Shown one piece after another: positions 51,771 to 64,000 of a stretch of 64,000 bases of DNA. Location: positions 92,263,741 through 92,327,740 of the forward strand of contig CM041465.1 in the NCBI GenBank assembly GCA_023213395.1, written 5' to 3'. The stretch comes from Cycas panzhihuaensis (Eukaryota; Plantae; Cycadophyta). The notes under the pieces were generated by a model. It searched no databases. It was not told the DNA's origin and saw only the letters and a program-made list of their open reading frames with translations. Numbering within the stretch: position 1 is the stretch's first letter; the number at the start of each line of letters is the position of its first letter. Made by a program: the position numbers and the translations under genes.

Positions 51771-53697
51771 AATAATATAGTATCTGTTAATGTTAGGCAA
51801 TAATGTACTTTGAGGCATATGCCAGTGCACCCTTGATCTTACCTATTTATCTATAGAGTTGAAAGACCCTAGTGTTTATCAACACTATCTACTTATCAAA
51901 TCATATTTGTCTCTTCTTACTATGTGTTCTTCTCATCATTTTACTCTCGATTCTATCATTTGATATTAGAGTCATAGTTTTAAAATTTAATCTTTTACTT
52001 GTTATTATATTTAGGTTGCTCATCCCTGGCCTCTAGTCTATTCAATCTATGTATAAGTCTATTATGTCCTTGAGGATTGATTGTATTTGAAGTATATTGG
52101 TTTGTACTTAAATCATTAAAGTTAACATTCATATTTGTGTGTTTATTAATTTGCTTTCACATAAATTATGCCAAGGGAAGTTTGTATTATATGTTGCTTC
52201 TCTGAATATATTGTTCATTATGGATTATAACTTTATGTTGCATTTATGTTTATGTGTGCAATCTATTCAATTATATATCCTTACATCTACACTTATGTTT
52301 CCATATATATTTTGCTTATCATAAACCACTACAGAGCCTTTGTATCTCTTTTAGATCGCTTGTTTACTATTTCTAGCTATGTTCACATTATGCCTACCTT
52401 CTATTTATATATCTACATCTAAACCATGGAGGCATCTATATACTTCACAATTAAGATATTAATATGGGTTGCATCTCATTATATTGATATTGATATTATT
52501 ATATTAATATTGGGATATTAATATCTGGTATTCTTGACTCAATAGGTCATTATCTATTTGAGTTTTTATAGAGGCAATCAACCCATATCATATTCACCCA
52601 TCTATAGGGTTTGTGTCTTTATGATATCATATAACCTATTACTTGTTACATACTTGAAAGATCTAGATGTCTTTATGACATGATACATGACCTATTGTAA
52701 TACATAGTCCTACACAAGATCTTATGGAGACACATGGTTAATCTCTTGTGTAGAGGTGGCACACACATTTATCTAGTTATGGCATATACTTATCTTTTAG
52801 GAAGCATCTATCATGGAATGCACACAAATCAAAAATCCTAATCTCTCACGATTTGATGAGAGTAAATAGGCAAGAACAACCAAACAGTTGTATAGTTTAA
52901 ATCTTAATATTAATAATAATTTATTAACCATGAGAAGACATGGAGGAGCCTATGCCAAAAATTTAGTAAATTATTTATGTGCTCTAGTTTTTAAAAAAAT
53001 AATTATATTCCATATACTATTAAGTCTAGTGCCTTGTCACCCCCTTGTCATATAACTTATATGTCACATATAACAGTAAAGTGACCAGAAGAATAGTTTT
53101 TAAAGGGGCTTAATTATTTTTTCAAATAGCCTATGTCATTTCAAGCACATGTTTTTACTTCAACAAGTATAATTCTCACACGTGAGGCCTATTTTCAAAT
53201 TTGTTAGCTTAAATGTAATCTTCTCTTTTACTCAGTTGATATAAGTGATTACATGCATACTGTGGGTTTGTATCTAGTGATCCATTTAATGAATCAAAGC
53301 TTATATAATTTTTTTTCATTATAATTAATGCACTAAGGGCCTTTTTTTTAAAATTGACCCCCTTCTATTGTTTAAGGTATAACTTTATCATAAAGTATCA
53401 GATTTAGGTTTCATTTAAAGCATTAGATTCATAATTTAACTATCTACAAAGTGAATGTTTTTTAGGTAGCATTTTTGAAATCATTTGATGTATTATTTTA
53501 ATGATTAAAGTTGATGTAAGTTTAAGGACTTATTGTAAGTTAACCCTATAAATAAACTTTACATAACATTTACTTTGTAATCTTAAATTAATATAAAAAT
53601 CTTTATTTTAGAGATGGCCAAGTCCCAATTGGGACACTCGTACATGTTCCAAAGTTGAAAGGGAACAACTAGACTTATATTTAAACGTCTTTCTTTC

Positions 53698-54074
53698 TGT
53701 TGGGGTTAATGATCATTACCCCACTCCCACCTTTCAACTAGGAATGCACACCTCACTCTCATCAATTTACACATGTGGGTGCTCACATGTGAAGGTAAGT
53801 ATAAGGTAAGGTTAAGTTGATTTGATTTAATTTGAGTTAAGTTATATTTTATTATTGTTTGAATTTTAAGGATTGAGGAGTTTCTCTCCTCCCCCAAACT
53901 ATATATTTGGAGGGGTGTGTAACCTTGGTGTCTTTAGACACTGCCTACTTTTGGACATTTGTAATGCTCTCTCTCAAACAGTGAATTGAATACAAAGGAT
54001 TTTCTGTTTATGCAACAATGTATTGATCTATGTGTTTATGTTCTGCCCTATTATCCATATTTTATTTTCCTTCA
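53698..54074 (+). repeat. 5' LTR
   Basis: Direct repeat of 58857-59233. Confidence 0.96.
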
Positions 54075-54076
54075 TT

Positions 54077-54088
54077 TGGTATCAGAGC
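54077..54088 (+). promoter_or_regulatory. PBS tRNA-Met(i)
   Basis: Perfect TGGTATCAGAGC, 2 nt after the LTR. Confidence 0.95.
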
Positions 54089-54596
54089 AAAGGTTGCCAA
54101 AGATTATTAGCCTGCTGCATATTCATTTGAAGTTTTTTTAGAAGAAAGAAGATCTATTAGCATTTTAATGCAGATCTACTTACAAAAAGAAATATTGGTT
54201 ATATTCATTTTCTACAAAGTTTATTAGTATTTTCTTATATTTTTTATTAGAGATCTTATTATTCTTGAGTTATACTTATGAAATAATAAATATATTTTAG
54301 ATATTTTTTTAAATCTATACAGGAGCATAGCTGTAATCAATAAGTATTCAAGTTTTTATCACTCTATAGAGTTTTATTAATAAGTTTTACATATTTCTAT
54401 CAAATATTTGACTATTTTTTAGCAAATTTTATCTACTTATTTAATACTTTTCTCAGATCTATATAGAAGCACATGTAGTCAATATTTATTCAAGTTTTTC
54501 TCTAGATCTATGCTATATATTCTTCAGATCTTCATATCATATCAAATATTTGACCATTTTCTAATTTATTTTATTTATATATTCAATATTTACTTT

Positions 54597-54707
54597 AGAT
54601 CTGTAATATTTTTCTCTAGATCTATAATATTTTTCTTTAGATCTGTAATATTTTTGTCTAGATCTATAATATTTTCTTCAGATCTATGCAATATTTGCTT
54701 CAGATTT
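54597..54707 (+). repeat. ~21-bp tandem repeat (AGATCT-anchored), about 5 copies
   Basis: agatct(g/a)taatattttt...t units. Confidence 0.88.
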
Positions 54708-55557
54708 GGATATTTTATCATATATTTGACCTTTTTTGGCATATTTGATCCATTTATTCAAGTTTTCCTTTTAGATCTGTGTAAGGTTTAGTGCATATTC
54801 AGCCTAACAAGCTTTCTGGAGAAGTTATACTATAGTAAATCCATCTACTGGAAACATCTAAAGTCTATTTTCTGTAAATTTGCCACAGCTGCATTACTAA
54901 GTTCTTCTTTTTTTTTTTCAGATATAAACATATATTTTCTCATTTCTTTGATATATCTTCTCCTATACATTTGAACGTTTTTCAAAGAGAAATTTATAGA
55001 CTTATTTTAATATATTTTCATCAATATATTTAGATCTGCTCTCTCAGAACTTAAAACTTTGTAGATCCATGTGTTGGTAGCATTAGAAGCTTGACTCTCT
55101 TCATTAATCAAATGAATAATTGAGTCATTCTTAAAAATATTAACTTCTTCAATAGTAGGAACAATATTTACACCTATTTTCCAAGGTGCTTTGAAGTTCC
55201 TCCAATATTATTTATACCTTTTTATACAAGTTATAGGCTCAACAGAAGCCCAAGGCATCTTTGGATTTCCTCAAAATTTTTTGGTTTCATTTGTAGCTCC
55301 ATTGAATCACCAAGTTTTCCATGTTTCTCTATACAAATATATGATTTTTTTGAAATATTCCTTTGTTATAATCCTTCATTTTCCATATCAAGTAGCCATT
55401 GGCTCATAATCAAAGCTTTTAGCTTGGATTGCCAATATGAACCTAGCTCAGAAATTAACAATATATTTAATAATAAAAAAATTAGTCAAAAAACCAATAA
55501 TAGAAAATTTAACAAGTAATCAAAATAAAAAGGTATAGGTCATTAAGAGAGCAAGTA

Positions 55558-55670
55558 AGATAAAAAATAAGTCTCAAAATATTTACCACACTTGGGTATA
55601 ATAAAAATAAGCCTTAAAATACTTGCCACACTTGGGTACAATAAAAAATAAGTCTTAAAATATTTACCAT
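55558..55670 (+). repeat. ~38-bp tandem repeat, 3 copies
   Basis: ataaaaaataagtct.aaaatatttaccacacttgggta units. Confidence 0.9.
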
Positions 55671-58196
55671 GTTAGGCACATTAATCATTACAGAATTGAG
55701 AAAAATTGGAGTGGCAGTCTCTTCTACATTTAAAATTCTATAGTTGTTCATGTTTTGCAATCATTCTCTTGTAGTTATCTGATATTGCAGCTCTAAGATA
55801 ACAAGGGCTCCTACATTCAACTTACACAAGCCTTTCTAGAAATATGGTCAGTCTATAGCTTCCAATGGATAGAAACCCCTTTCGATGTGTGATCAGTTTA
55901 TTCCCCCCTACATTCATCCCATAAATATGAGTCAAGGGCATCACCATGTGCCCTGTCTTGAAGTAAATACTCTCTATGCAACACTAAGCAAATACTCTCT
56001 TTACAATATTTTTTCCTTATTTCTTAGTTCTTCTTCCCATTTGTAATTATTTTACTTCTTTTTTCCATTACAAAGGAATCTGAACATTTCCAAGAAGCCC
56101 CACTTTTGTAAATTTGAGTCCCATCCTCAACAGAGAGGATAGTAAAACCTCTGCAACCCTCTGCACAACAACGACTTCCAAAAAAGAACCCAACACTTAC
56201 TGGCAAATAAGTAATTATTGGGTAGTTAAATTCTAGAAATTGAACCTCCAATAAGATTTGAAAGGCTTGCAACTGAATCACTTGTAGAGCTCACTACAAA
56301 ACATGAGTTATTACCTTTCCATTATAATTTCGAGACCTTATCTAGTCCTAAGTGAAATGTTGTTTTCATTCTTTATCTCTAATAGATTGGCTCCCCAAGA
56401 TTAAATATCTAGTCATTAAGTTCCCTCTATAAAGTAGTAGAGGCAGCCATCCAAAAGGCTGGTCAGCACTTACAAACTTGCTGCGACATTAGCGAACACA
56501 GTAGAGACAAGCAAATAAAAGCTCCAATGCAACAACCCCTCCTGTTAAAATCTTGGTAAACCCTATAAAGTTCCATATTGTATGAAGTTTTGTATCTCTG
56601 CGAACTTTTAATGTATGCTTTCTGCTCTCATTTGAGGAGTCTTGGAGATAAGTATTAAATTGTTAAAATATTTTAAGCACCTATTGAGGAGTGGCAATTG
56701 ACATATTGGGCTGGCCAAGCGGCGAAGAATAGTAGTAATAGTAATGATTGTTTTGAAGGTGATATCATGTGGTATCCGTGTTGATTCGATCAGATCTCAC
56801 TGTGAAGGTAGATTCGCTTCTATATCACTGTGTGGCATCTGAGCAGGTCTGGCAACAGTGATGACAGGGCGACATGGAGGCGCATGGATCTAAATTCAAA
56901 CATTGTTTTATTTTTTTATATATAGTTTAAAAAATTAAATTTTATTATATAAAATTTTAAATTATATTATTTAAAACCCTAGCCCCCTTTGGTGTTTAAG
57001 CCATTAGTTATATGACCTCTTCATATGACTGTTAACTCATTTTCAAAGGGGTTAACTTAATTCTTATTGATTTTTCCTTTTTTTTTTTCTTTTTCATTTC
57101 ATATAGGGTACCTAGTAATGTTTTACCATAACTTTTAACTAGGTCAATAGTTTTTTATGAAACCTATTCCATTACATCCAAAATTTTCTAAGGTGTGATT
57201 TTGATTGGTTATATACTTTATTTGGAGTTGATTTTACCTGGTTTTAATTAGTTTAAAGTCAATCAGTGATTTTTAGAGCCTTTTAAACTATTTTCACAAA
57301 ATCCTTTTTTTATTAGATTATATTTTATCACTGGGAGATTATTTTCTACCTGGATCTATTCTATAGTCATCTATTATTAGTAAAATTCATCATCATCTAT
57401 TCATTTTATTTTTTAGGATTTATTTTAATCATTATTTTAATCGGTGAAAGTGACACTTTAGCATTTTTAAAATATTTTAACATAAAAATACTTGTTATTT
57501 TTATTATAATTTTTCTGTTTTACATCAGAATTCAGATCTGTCAGTTTTATTAGAAAGATGACTCACTCCTCTTCGAACTGACACTATTATTTATAAGTTT
57601 TAAAGTGTTATTAACAATTTTCAAAGCCATTAAAATTGAGGTACATAATAGCCTCTAATTTGCCATTATTGTATATTTACATATATTATCTCTCAAAAAT
57701 TTTCAACTGAAAATATATTAAGTAACTCTCTGAACTATATTTAATTATTTTTTATCATTCTATAAATTTTTTACTAATATTTTTATAATATTCTAAGCTC
57801 CAGGTTCCCGTTAAGCCTAAAAAAGATGACTATATCTTTGGTTCATTAAAATATTGACTTGTAGGAACCCGTTTTCAACACGGTTAGTTTCATTGAATAG
57901 TTTTTTCATTGATCCTCAAACTACTATAATATCACTTTAGTTTGACATTGTTTAGTACAACTTTAAAACTGCTAAACTTGAGCATTCAATATATCCTAAC
58001 AGGATTTCACTTACTTCTTGCACTTATAACGGTTACATTTATTTAATATACTTTCCAAACGTATCTTTTATTTTTTCAAAGGGCATTGCATTTCTTTCAA
58101 AGAGTATATTTGACATCATATAAATTTGTTAATTTATTGAGTTTTTTTTTACTTAGTAAAAGCATATTCCTTTTATGTACTAAAGTTTTCTGTAAA

Positions 58197-58516
58197 ATGG
58201 CAATCAATCTTAATGAAGTACAATTTCCTATATTTGATGGCCATAATTTTCCATAATGTCATCAAACAATGTAAAATTATTTTATTACACATATCTTTGG
58301 AATTACTTGCAAGATAAGTATAATATTAATATTAAGAAAAATATTAAAAAATATAATGAAGCCTTAGCTTTACTATTTTGCACTATAGATGATAATGTCT
58401 TTTCTAAAGTTTATGAACTAACAACTTCTAAATCTATGTGGGACATATTAATTTTTACTTATGAGGGAGATACCCTTAATAAATTTAACATTAATTTTGT
58501 TAAGCATATGAGATAG
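58197..58516 (+). pseudogene. gag: Copia gag N-terminal fragment (DUF4219/Retrotran_gag_2-like)
   Basis: MAINLNEVQFPIFDGHNF, then YLWNYL...EALALLFCTIDDNVFSKV...TSKSMWDILIFTYEG. Confidence 0.8.
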
Positions 58517-58856
58517 GTGCCAAAATAGGTGGATTGTAATGAAAAGACCAAGGAAAATCTAAGTCAAATATATGATCATCTTGTTGCATAAGAACCTAAT
58601 CCTCCATTTGAGGAGGAGAAATATGATGATATGATAATTGTTCACAACACAAAGACTTCATAAGACAAAGTTAAAGCTTCATTTACTTACAGATTTTTTG
58701 CACCATTTAATTGTGAAGACACACACATTACTAAAAGGATGAAGCAAGTTAATAAAGATCAAGTTAAGAGATAGATTTTTAAAGTTTATTTCAAATACAA
58801 ATTTCATAACTTTAAAGAGAAGACAAGTTGTTCATGATGACTATTAAGGGGAAGAA

Positions 58857-59233
58857 TGTTGGAGTTAATGATCATCATCCCACTCCCACTTTTCAACCAG
58901 GAGTGCACACCTCACTCTCATCAATTTACACATGTGGGTGCTCATATGTGAAGGTAAGTATAAGGTAAGGTTAAATTAATTTGATTTAATTTTAATTAAG
59001 TTATATTTTATTATTGTTTAAATTTTAAGGGTTGAGGAGTTACCCTCCTCCTCCAAACTATATATTTAGAGGGGTATGCAACCTTAGTGTCTTTAGACAC
59101 CGCCTACTTTTGGACATTTATAATGATCTCTCTCAAATAATGGATTGAATATAAAGGATTTTTTGTTTATGCAAGAATATATTGATCTATGTGTTCATAT
59201 TCTACCCTATTCTCCATCTTTTATTTTCCTTCA
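58857..59233 (+). repeat. 3' LTR
   Basis: Direct repeat of 53698-54074, preceded by the PPT. Confidence 0.96.
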
Positions 59234-59451
59234 CTTTCCTCTTATTTAGTGTAATTTCATCCTTTATCAAAGCACTCTTTTTCAAAGTAGTTTATATTTT
59301 AAGGCATTTTCTTTTATCATATCTTCTAATATAAATAATATAATATACCTAAATTTGATAGTACTATTTTTTTTTAAATTAAAGTCATAGAATAAAGCCT
59401 ATATTTATATCAAAAGATATGTGAGACTTAATTATAAATTACTATAATGCA

Positions 59452-59650
59452 CTTGATCCTAATGCTACTATAGACAAGAAGAAGACTTTCAAGGAGAATG
59501 AAAAGAAAGATAATTGGGCTTTAGTGTTCATATCTTATGCTTTACAAGACCACATCTTCCTAAGAGTAAGTGAGATGATTATATCAAAGGTGGCATGGGA
59601 CAACTTAAAGATAACTTATGAAGGAGCTACAACAATAAAACTTTAGACCT
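59452..59650 (+). pseudogene. gag: Isolated copia gag fragment
   Basis: KKTFKENEKKDNWALVFISYALQDHIFLRVSEMIISKVAWDNLKITYEG. Confidence 0.8.
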
Positions 59651-60199
59651 TCTGAACTATTCCCTATAATTTGGGAGCTTCACAATCATCATGCCAATAG
59701 GTAACTAAAGATATGTACCGATTGTTATCTAGTTTAGCTTAGATTAGTTCTTTAATAAGTATATACTATCATTTACCTCTTATTTTATTAGATGATTATG
59801 TTTGTATTTAGTTAATGATGATTTTGGCCATGGTTAGTGACTTTATAGTTGTCCATCCAAACTTAGTAAGTTGAGAAAAGTCCTCTTAGTACTTTTGTAA
59901 GACACGTCTCATCCTTCTCTTTCTCTTGTTTATTATGTTAATTTGTCTAGCCTATATTTTATACCTTTTTCTTTTGAATTATGATTCTTTTTATACTTTT
60001 TTCATCTATATAGTTATAAATTTTATTTGTCTTGCTCTGATTTTTGGTCATACTACTATGATTATTGATGTCCTGCTTTGATTTCTATTTAAACTTATAA
60101 AAAATATGATTTCTATAGTATTATGAAGTTTGTAATAATACTACTTTGAAACTTTGTAATACCATTGTAAACTTCATAGTATCGATTCCTTCACTTTTA

Positions 60200-60453
60200 A
60201 AATTTGTTAGCCCATAGTTAGTCATACATTTATGGCATCTAACTATAGGTCATTTCACTTAATTTATCAAAACCATAGGGTACCTATAAATTTTGATTAA
60301 ATACTATAGGGCAATTAATGATATAGCATTAATTAGCATCTGAACCATAAGTAATTTTCCTATGGTTTTGGCCAATGGTATTCAAGTAATTTTTGGGTCC
60401 AAACCATGGGTCCTTGCCCTCTTTATTGCTATTTATACTCCTATTTCATAGTG
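60200..60453. mobile_element. Possible CACTA transposon terminus
   Basis: Repeated (a)ccatag(g)/ctatagg motifs in both orientations, ending tttcaTAGTG (reverse complement CACTAtgaaa). No matching other end found. Confidence 0.4.
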
Positions 60454-63400
60454 AAGGGAGGATAAATTCTTAGTTGTTATGCTACCAAAGTCTATGTAGA
60501 ATTTCTATTTGCATGTAAAGTTAATTGTTGGCTTCCACACTTGGCTTAAAGATTGAATACTAGTTATTGTTAAAGCACTCTTTGGCTAGACTAGAGCATC
60601 ATCAACATCTATCCTTTACTTAGAATAAGGGAAGCACCCCCATACTACTAAGGTTTTCAACTTTTTTTTCAAGTATTTATTGACTTCTTTTTGCATTAAA
60701 TTACTCTCTTTTATGCTTGTCATTTGATCTAATTTTAGTTCCTTTGTCTTTACATGCTTCAGTTTCCTTATTGTTGGTGTCTTATAGAGGAAAAAGGGCT
60801 CAATATTACTTATTAAGCTTTTAAAAAGGTGGCAATGTTGTTATTTTTTAGGCTTTCTCTGCATTAGCTTACTGCTTGTTTTGATCTTGTAATTTGATTA
60901 CTCTTTTAGTTGTTTTTCCATCAAATTTTAGTATATGTTATACATATTAAATGGTGTAGGTGGGGAAACTTTTCAAGTATTTATGTGTAGATTTTAGAGT
61001 GCACAAAGTGGTTAAGGGAATCCCCTTTCTCCTTATTTTCCCTCCAACAAATCAACTATCTATTACGCAGTCGGCATGCTACCAAAATTTTGCCAAAGCA
61101 TAATAAAAGATTAGTACGAAAAGCGTTATTTAAAACTAATCTCTAGCATCTTTTATGTTTTTAGAAACTTCTTTCCATCATAGACAATTTAACAAGCAAA
61201 AACGCTATTGGATTTTTCCTAGAAGTTAGTTATATTTTAGCCTAACCTCATTTTGAACATGTTGGCAAATTGGAGAACTATGAAAAAATTACTTGGAAAA
61301 AGGGTTTATATTGAGATATTTGGTGCATCATTCCAAGTACTTTTCTTAAAACCCTTCTCTCAGTGATCCAATTTCAAAGGAAAAGGCTCGAAAATCACAC
61401 TTTTTTGTAGTTTTAACTTAAAATAAAAAATGTAAGAAAGAATAAATTAGCAGCTTGCTTATTGATTATTCATTGTTGTTTGTTCCTTCCCTACCTTACA
61501 TATAAGTGCACTTTTTTTAGTTTTAAAAAAATAAATAAAAAAGAAAAAACCTAATTTTTATATTAAATTATATTGTATGTGCATGTTGGTCTAGTCTTTT
61601 GGTGTGTACCTTTGAAGGTCATAATGGAAAAGAGGGTCATACATCTTGAGAGTCCTTAAATTGTAGAGCATACAAAGTTGTTTATTCGATGAACTTTATT
61701 TATTTAATATTCAAATTTAAATTACATACTAGTTATATTTAGTATGTGTCATTTATCCTCTTAGTCTTCTTTAGGGTTAGGATCCATTCTCATACCAAAT
61801 AGAAGGGACTACAATTTCTCTACTTGGGTTTCATCACTAGATGAGAGATGTACTCTTGTGCCTTTAGGTGTGTTGTGTCCTCTATATCTATGTTCTAAAT
61901 GAGTCAATGAAAGGTGTTTATCCATGTTATATACTTACATGTGGAGTGTAGATAGCCAGGTGAACTTCATTCATCTTATTGAGGGTAGTGTCCTCTTCTT
62001 CTTCACCACTTGGAAGCTTGAGGTTCATTGGGATCAGATGTTGGCACTACTAAGCCATCTCACAATCCTATGAACTACATTATCAGTATTGACAAGTCTC
62101 TAATGACTTATCTATGGGTGGATCTATCTTATGGTCTTGATTCCTTCAGACCTCTTACTTTAGATAGTCCTTTCCCCACTTCTCATGAATCAAGCCTACT
62201 ATTTTAGGGTTGTGTAAGAGTCTAGGTTAGGTTAGGCCAATCTTCTTAGGTTGATTAGGATGGGTAGATAGTTATATATTAGTTTGGGCATTTGTGCTTG
62301 ATTGATTTCTTTACATTATGAGAGATTTTTTTATGTTGTTTGGTCCTTCCAATGGCACTAACTATCTACTTGATTAATCTTATTTCAAACACTTTTAGTT
62401 AGACTTTAGTTCACCTTCTTGGTTGATGCATGTTTGCCTTACATAATTGCTTGTATTAGTTATTTGAGTTAATAGTTAGTTCTTTTTAATTTACTTTTAA
62501 GTTTCTTTCTATTATTTCCATCTTTTCTAGTACTTTGCGCACACCTACATGTTGCCTTTTAGTTCAACCTAGTAAACACAGAATCTATTATCCCCACATA
62601 TAATACAAGAGATGCATGAGTACCCTTTAAGAGGCATGTACTCATTCCTCTCCTTTACTTAGATCCCTTCTCATCTTTTAAGTCTATGCTAGGGTCATGT
62701 CTACATAGCCTCCTCTCTTGTCAATCCACATTCATTAGTGACCATACTCAGGACTCACCAATAGGGTTTTTAGAAAATATCATATTGTTGATTTTCCTTT
62801 TTTTTCTCATTTGAGCCCTTCATGATAGTGTGACTATGTTAAGTACACAACCCATCTTGATAAGGATCCCCTATGCTTATCTTATAATTTCAATGTTTAG
62901 GTACATACCATAGTTCTAGACCCTCTTTGCTTTCTATGTCTGCCTCTTATATGCAATGATTCATTTGTCATCTTAAGGACTTCCTCCATCTAATTCTAAT
63001 CTTTCATATATGTTTAGTCATATACTTGTTAAGAAATCCTTAATGATAGGCCAGGTCCTACCTGAGTGGTCTATCGACTCGTTTTAAGCCCACCTCCCTT
63101 ACTAATCACAAAAGCCCTACCCAATCCAAGACTTATACCAAGCCCATGATCCTTATTAAGCCCATTCCTAAGATTGAACTCAAGCAACCGAGCCTTATGC
63201 TTCCTAAGTACCTTACTAGGAAAGAATAAATTCTACATATTAGCCTTATGAAGTGGATGTATTTTATCAAAACCCTATATGGTCCCCTACTCATGTCATT
63301 GGACCCACTTAGCTTCATGACCCTTTATAAGCCCCCAATTCATTAGCTGAAGACTTTTCTTTTAATCAAGCCTAGATAGATCAGCAAATCCCTAATTCAC

Positions 63401-63822
63401 TCATAGTTTGAGGTAGTTATAGGAGATATCACTCTCACTTGGGCCCATCATCTATTTAAGACTATCCATATGTCTATCCCATTTATTTTTGTTCTGCTTA
63501 TTTCTTAGCCTCAAATACAAGTAGCCTTACAAAAATAAGTTGCTTCCCAACATATACCCTCATTTACTCCACCTACCCAACCCCCACTAATAATAGCCTT
63601 GTTTATGGGTATCGCTTCAATGGCAGGTCTTCAATCTACCTAATATATTCCTTAATCCATTCCACCTATCCCTCCATTTGTTTCTCTAATAAGTGGACAC
63701 TACACCTTCATTTTACAACCAATAGTCATATGGACTAACCCTCTTATAATACTAGTTCTACCATGCCTTGATCTAATAGGACCTTAGGGCATGCCTCACC
63801 TCCTCCTATATCATATTTTCCC

Positions 63823-64000
63823 TATTAGATAATGTGAGAACAATGTCTTGGAGGCTAAAATTTTGATAGGTTGGCAATGTAGTTTCCCCCTAAACTTCTT
63901 CGAGGGGATCCAAGGGGGGTGGAAGATCCCCTTGGCCACGTGATGTTAGGGGTACGAGAACCACCCCCCCCCCCCCCTCCTCCATAAAGAGGGGGTTTGA
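63823..64000 (+). repeat. Start of an LTR related to the Tork-like copia at 37042-42208
   Basis: 63823-63920 is close to the reverse complement of 42110-42208 (ttagataatgtga..acaatg...gaggct.aaattttgataggttggca). Confidence 0.85.

Larger units (their letters stand above)
53698..59233 (+). mobile_element. Complete non-autonomous LTR element (TR-GAG/LARD-like, copia-derived)
   Basis: 377-bp LTRs with TG..CA. Perfect TSD ctttc (53693-53697, 59234-59238). PBS-Met 54077-54088. PPT aaggggaagaa 58846-58856. No pol motifs. Confidence 0.95.

Noticed and set aside
54597-55670. Short repeat arrays as CRISPR
   Set aside because: Head-to-tail units without unique spacers, no cas genes, and a eukaryotic TE context.
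61760-63820. Possible coding or LTR remnants, including recurring aagccc motifs
   Set aside because: No recognisable motif or boundaries from manual reading.

Overview
This is repetitive DNA from a large-genome land plant (plausibly a gymnosperm, by inference). I found no intact host gene, RNA gene or CRISPR array. The window is a stack of nested LTR retrotransposons. From left to right: (1) a CpG-rich, apparently young Tat/Athila-type Ty3/gypsy element (1-~5640, minus strand) inserted in (2) a decayed Ty1/copia element (~5641-12522, minus), itself inserted in (3) a decayed chromovirus-type gypsy element (12523-~18541, minus). (4) A complete 25.5-kb Tat-type gypsy element (19645-45173, plus) has ~3-kb LTRs and TSD TGGG(T/C). 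It carries a ~2.6-kb solo-LTR-like insert in gag and a full Tnt1/Tork-like copia in its 3' LTR. Its 3' region holds a stand-alone archaeal-type RNase H ORF downstream of integrase and a spliced antisense plant-mobile-domain-like gene. (5) An internally deleted gypsy element (~48560-51770). (6) A complete non-autonomous 5.5-kb LTR element (53698-59233, 377-bp LTRs, perfect TSD CTTTC) with only a gag fragment, tandem repeats and unexplained cargo. (7) Fragments: copia gag, a possible CACTA end, and another Tork-like LTR at the right edge. All older elements are pseudogenised, mostly by C>T/G>A decay. Domain calls come from manual translation and motif recognition; no database search was run.
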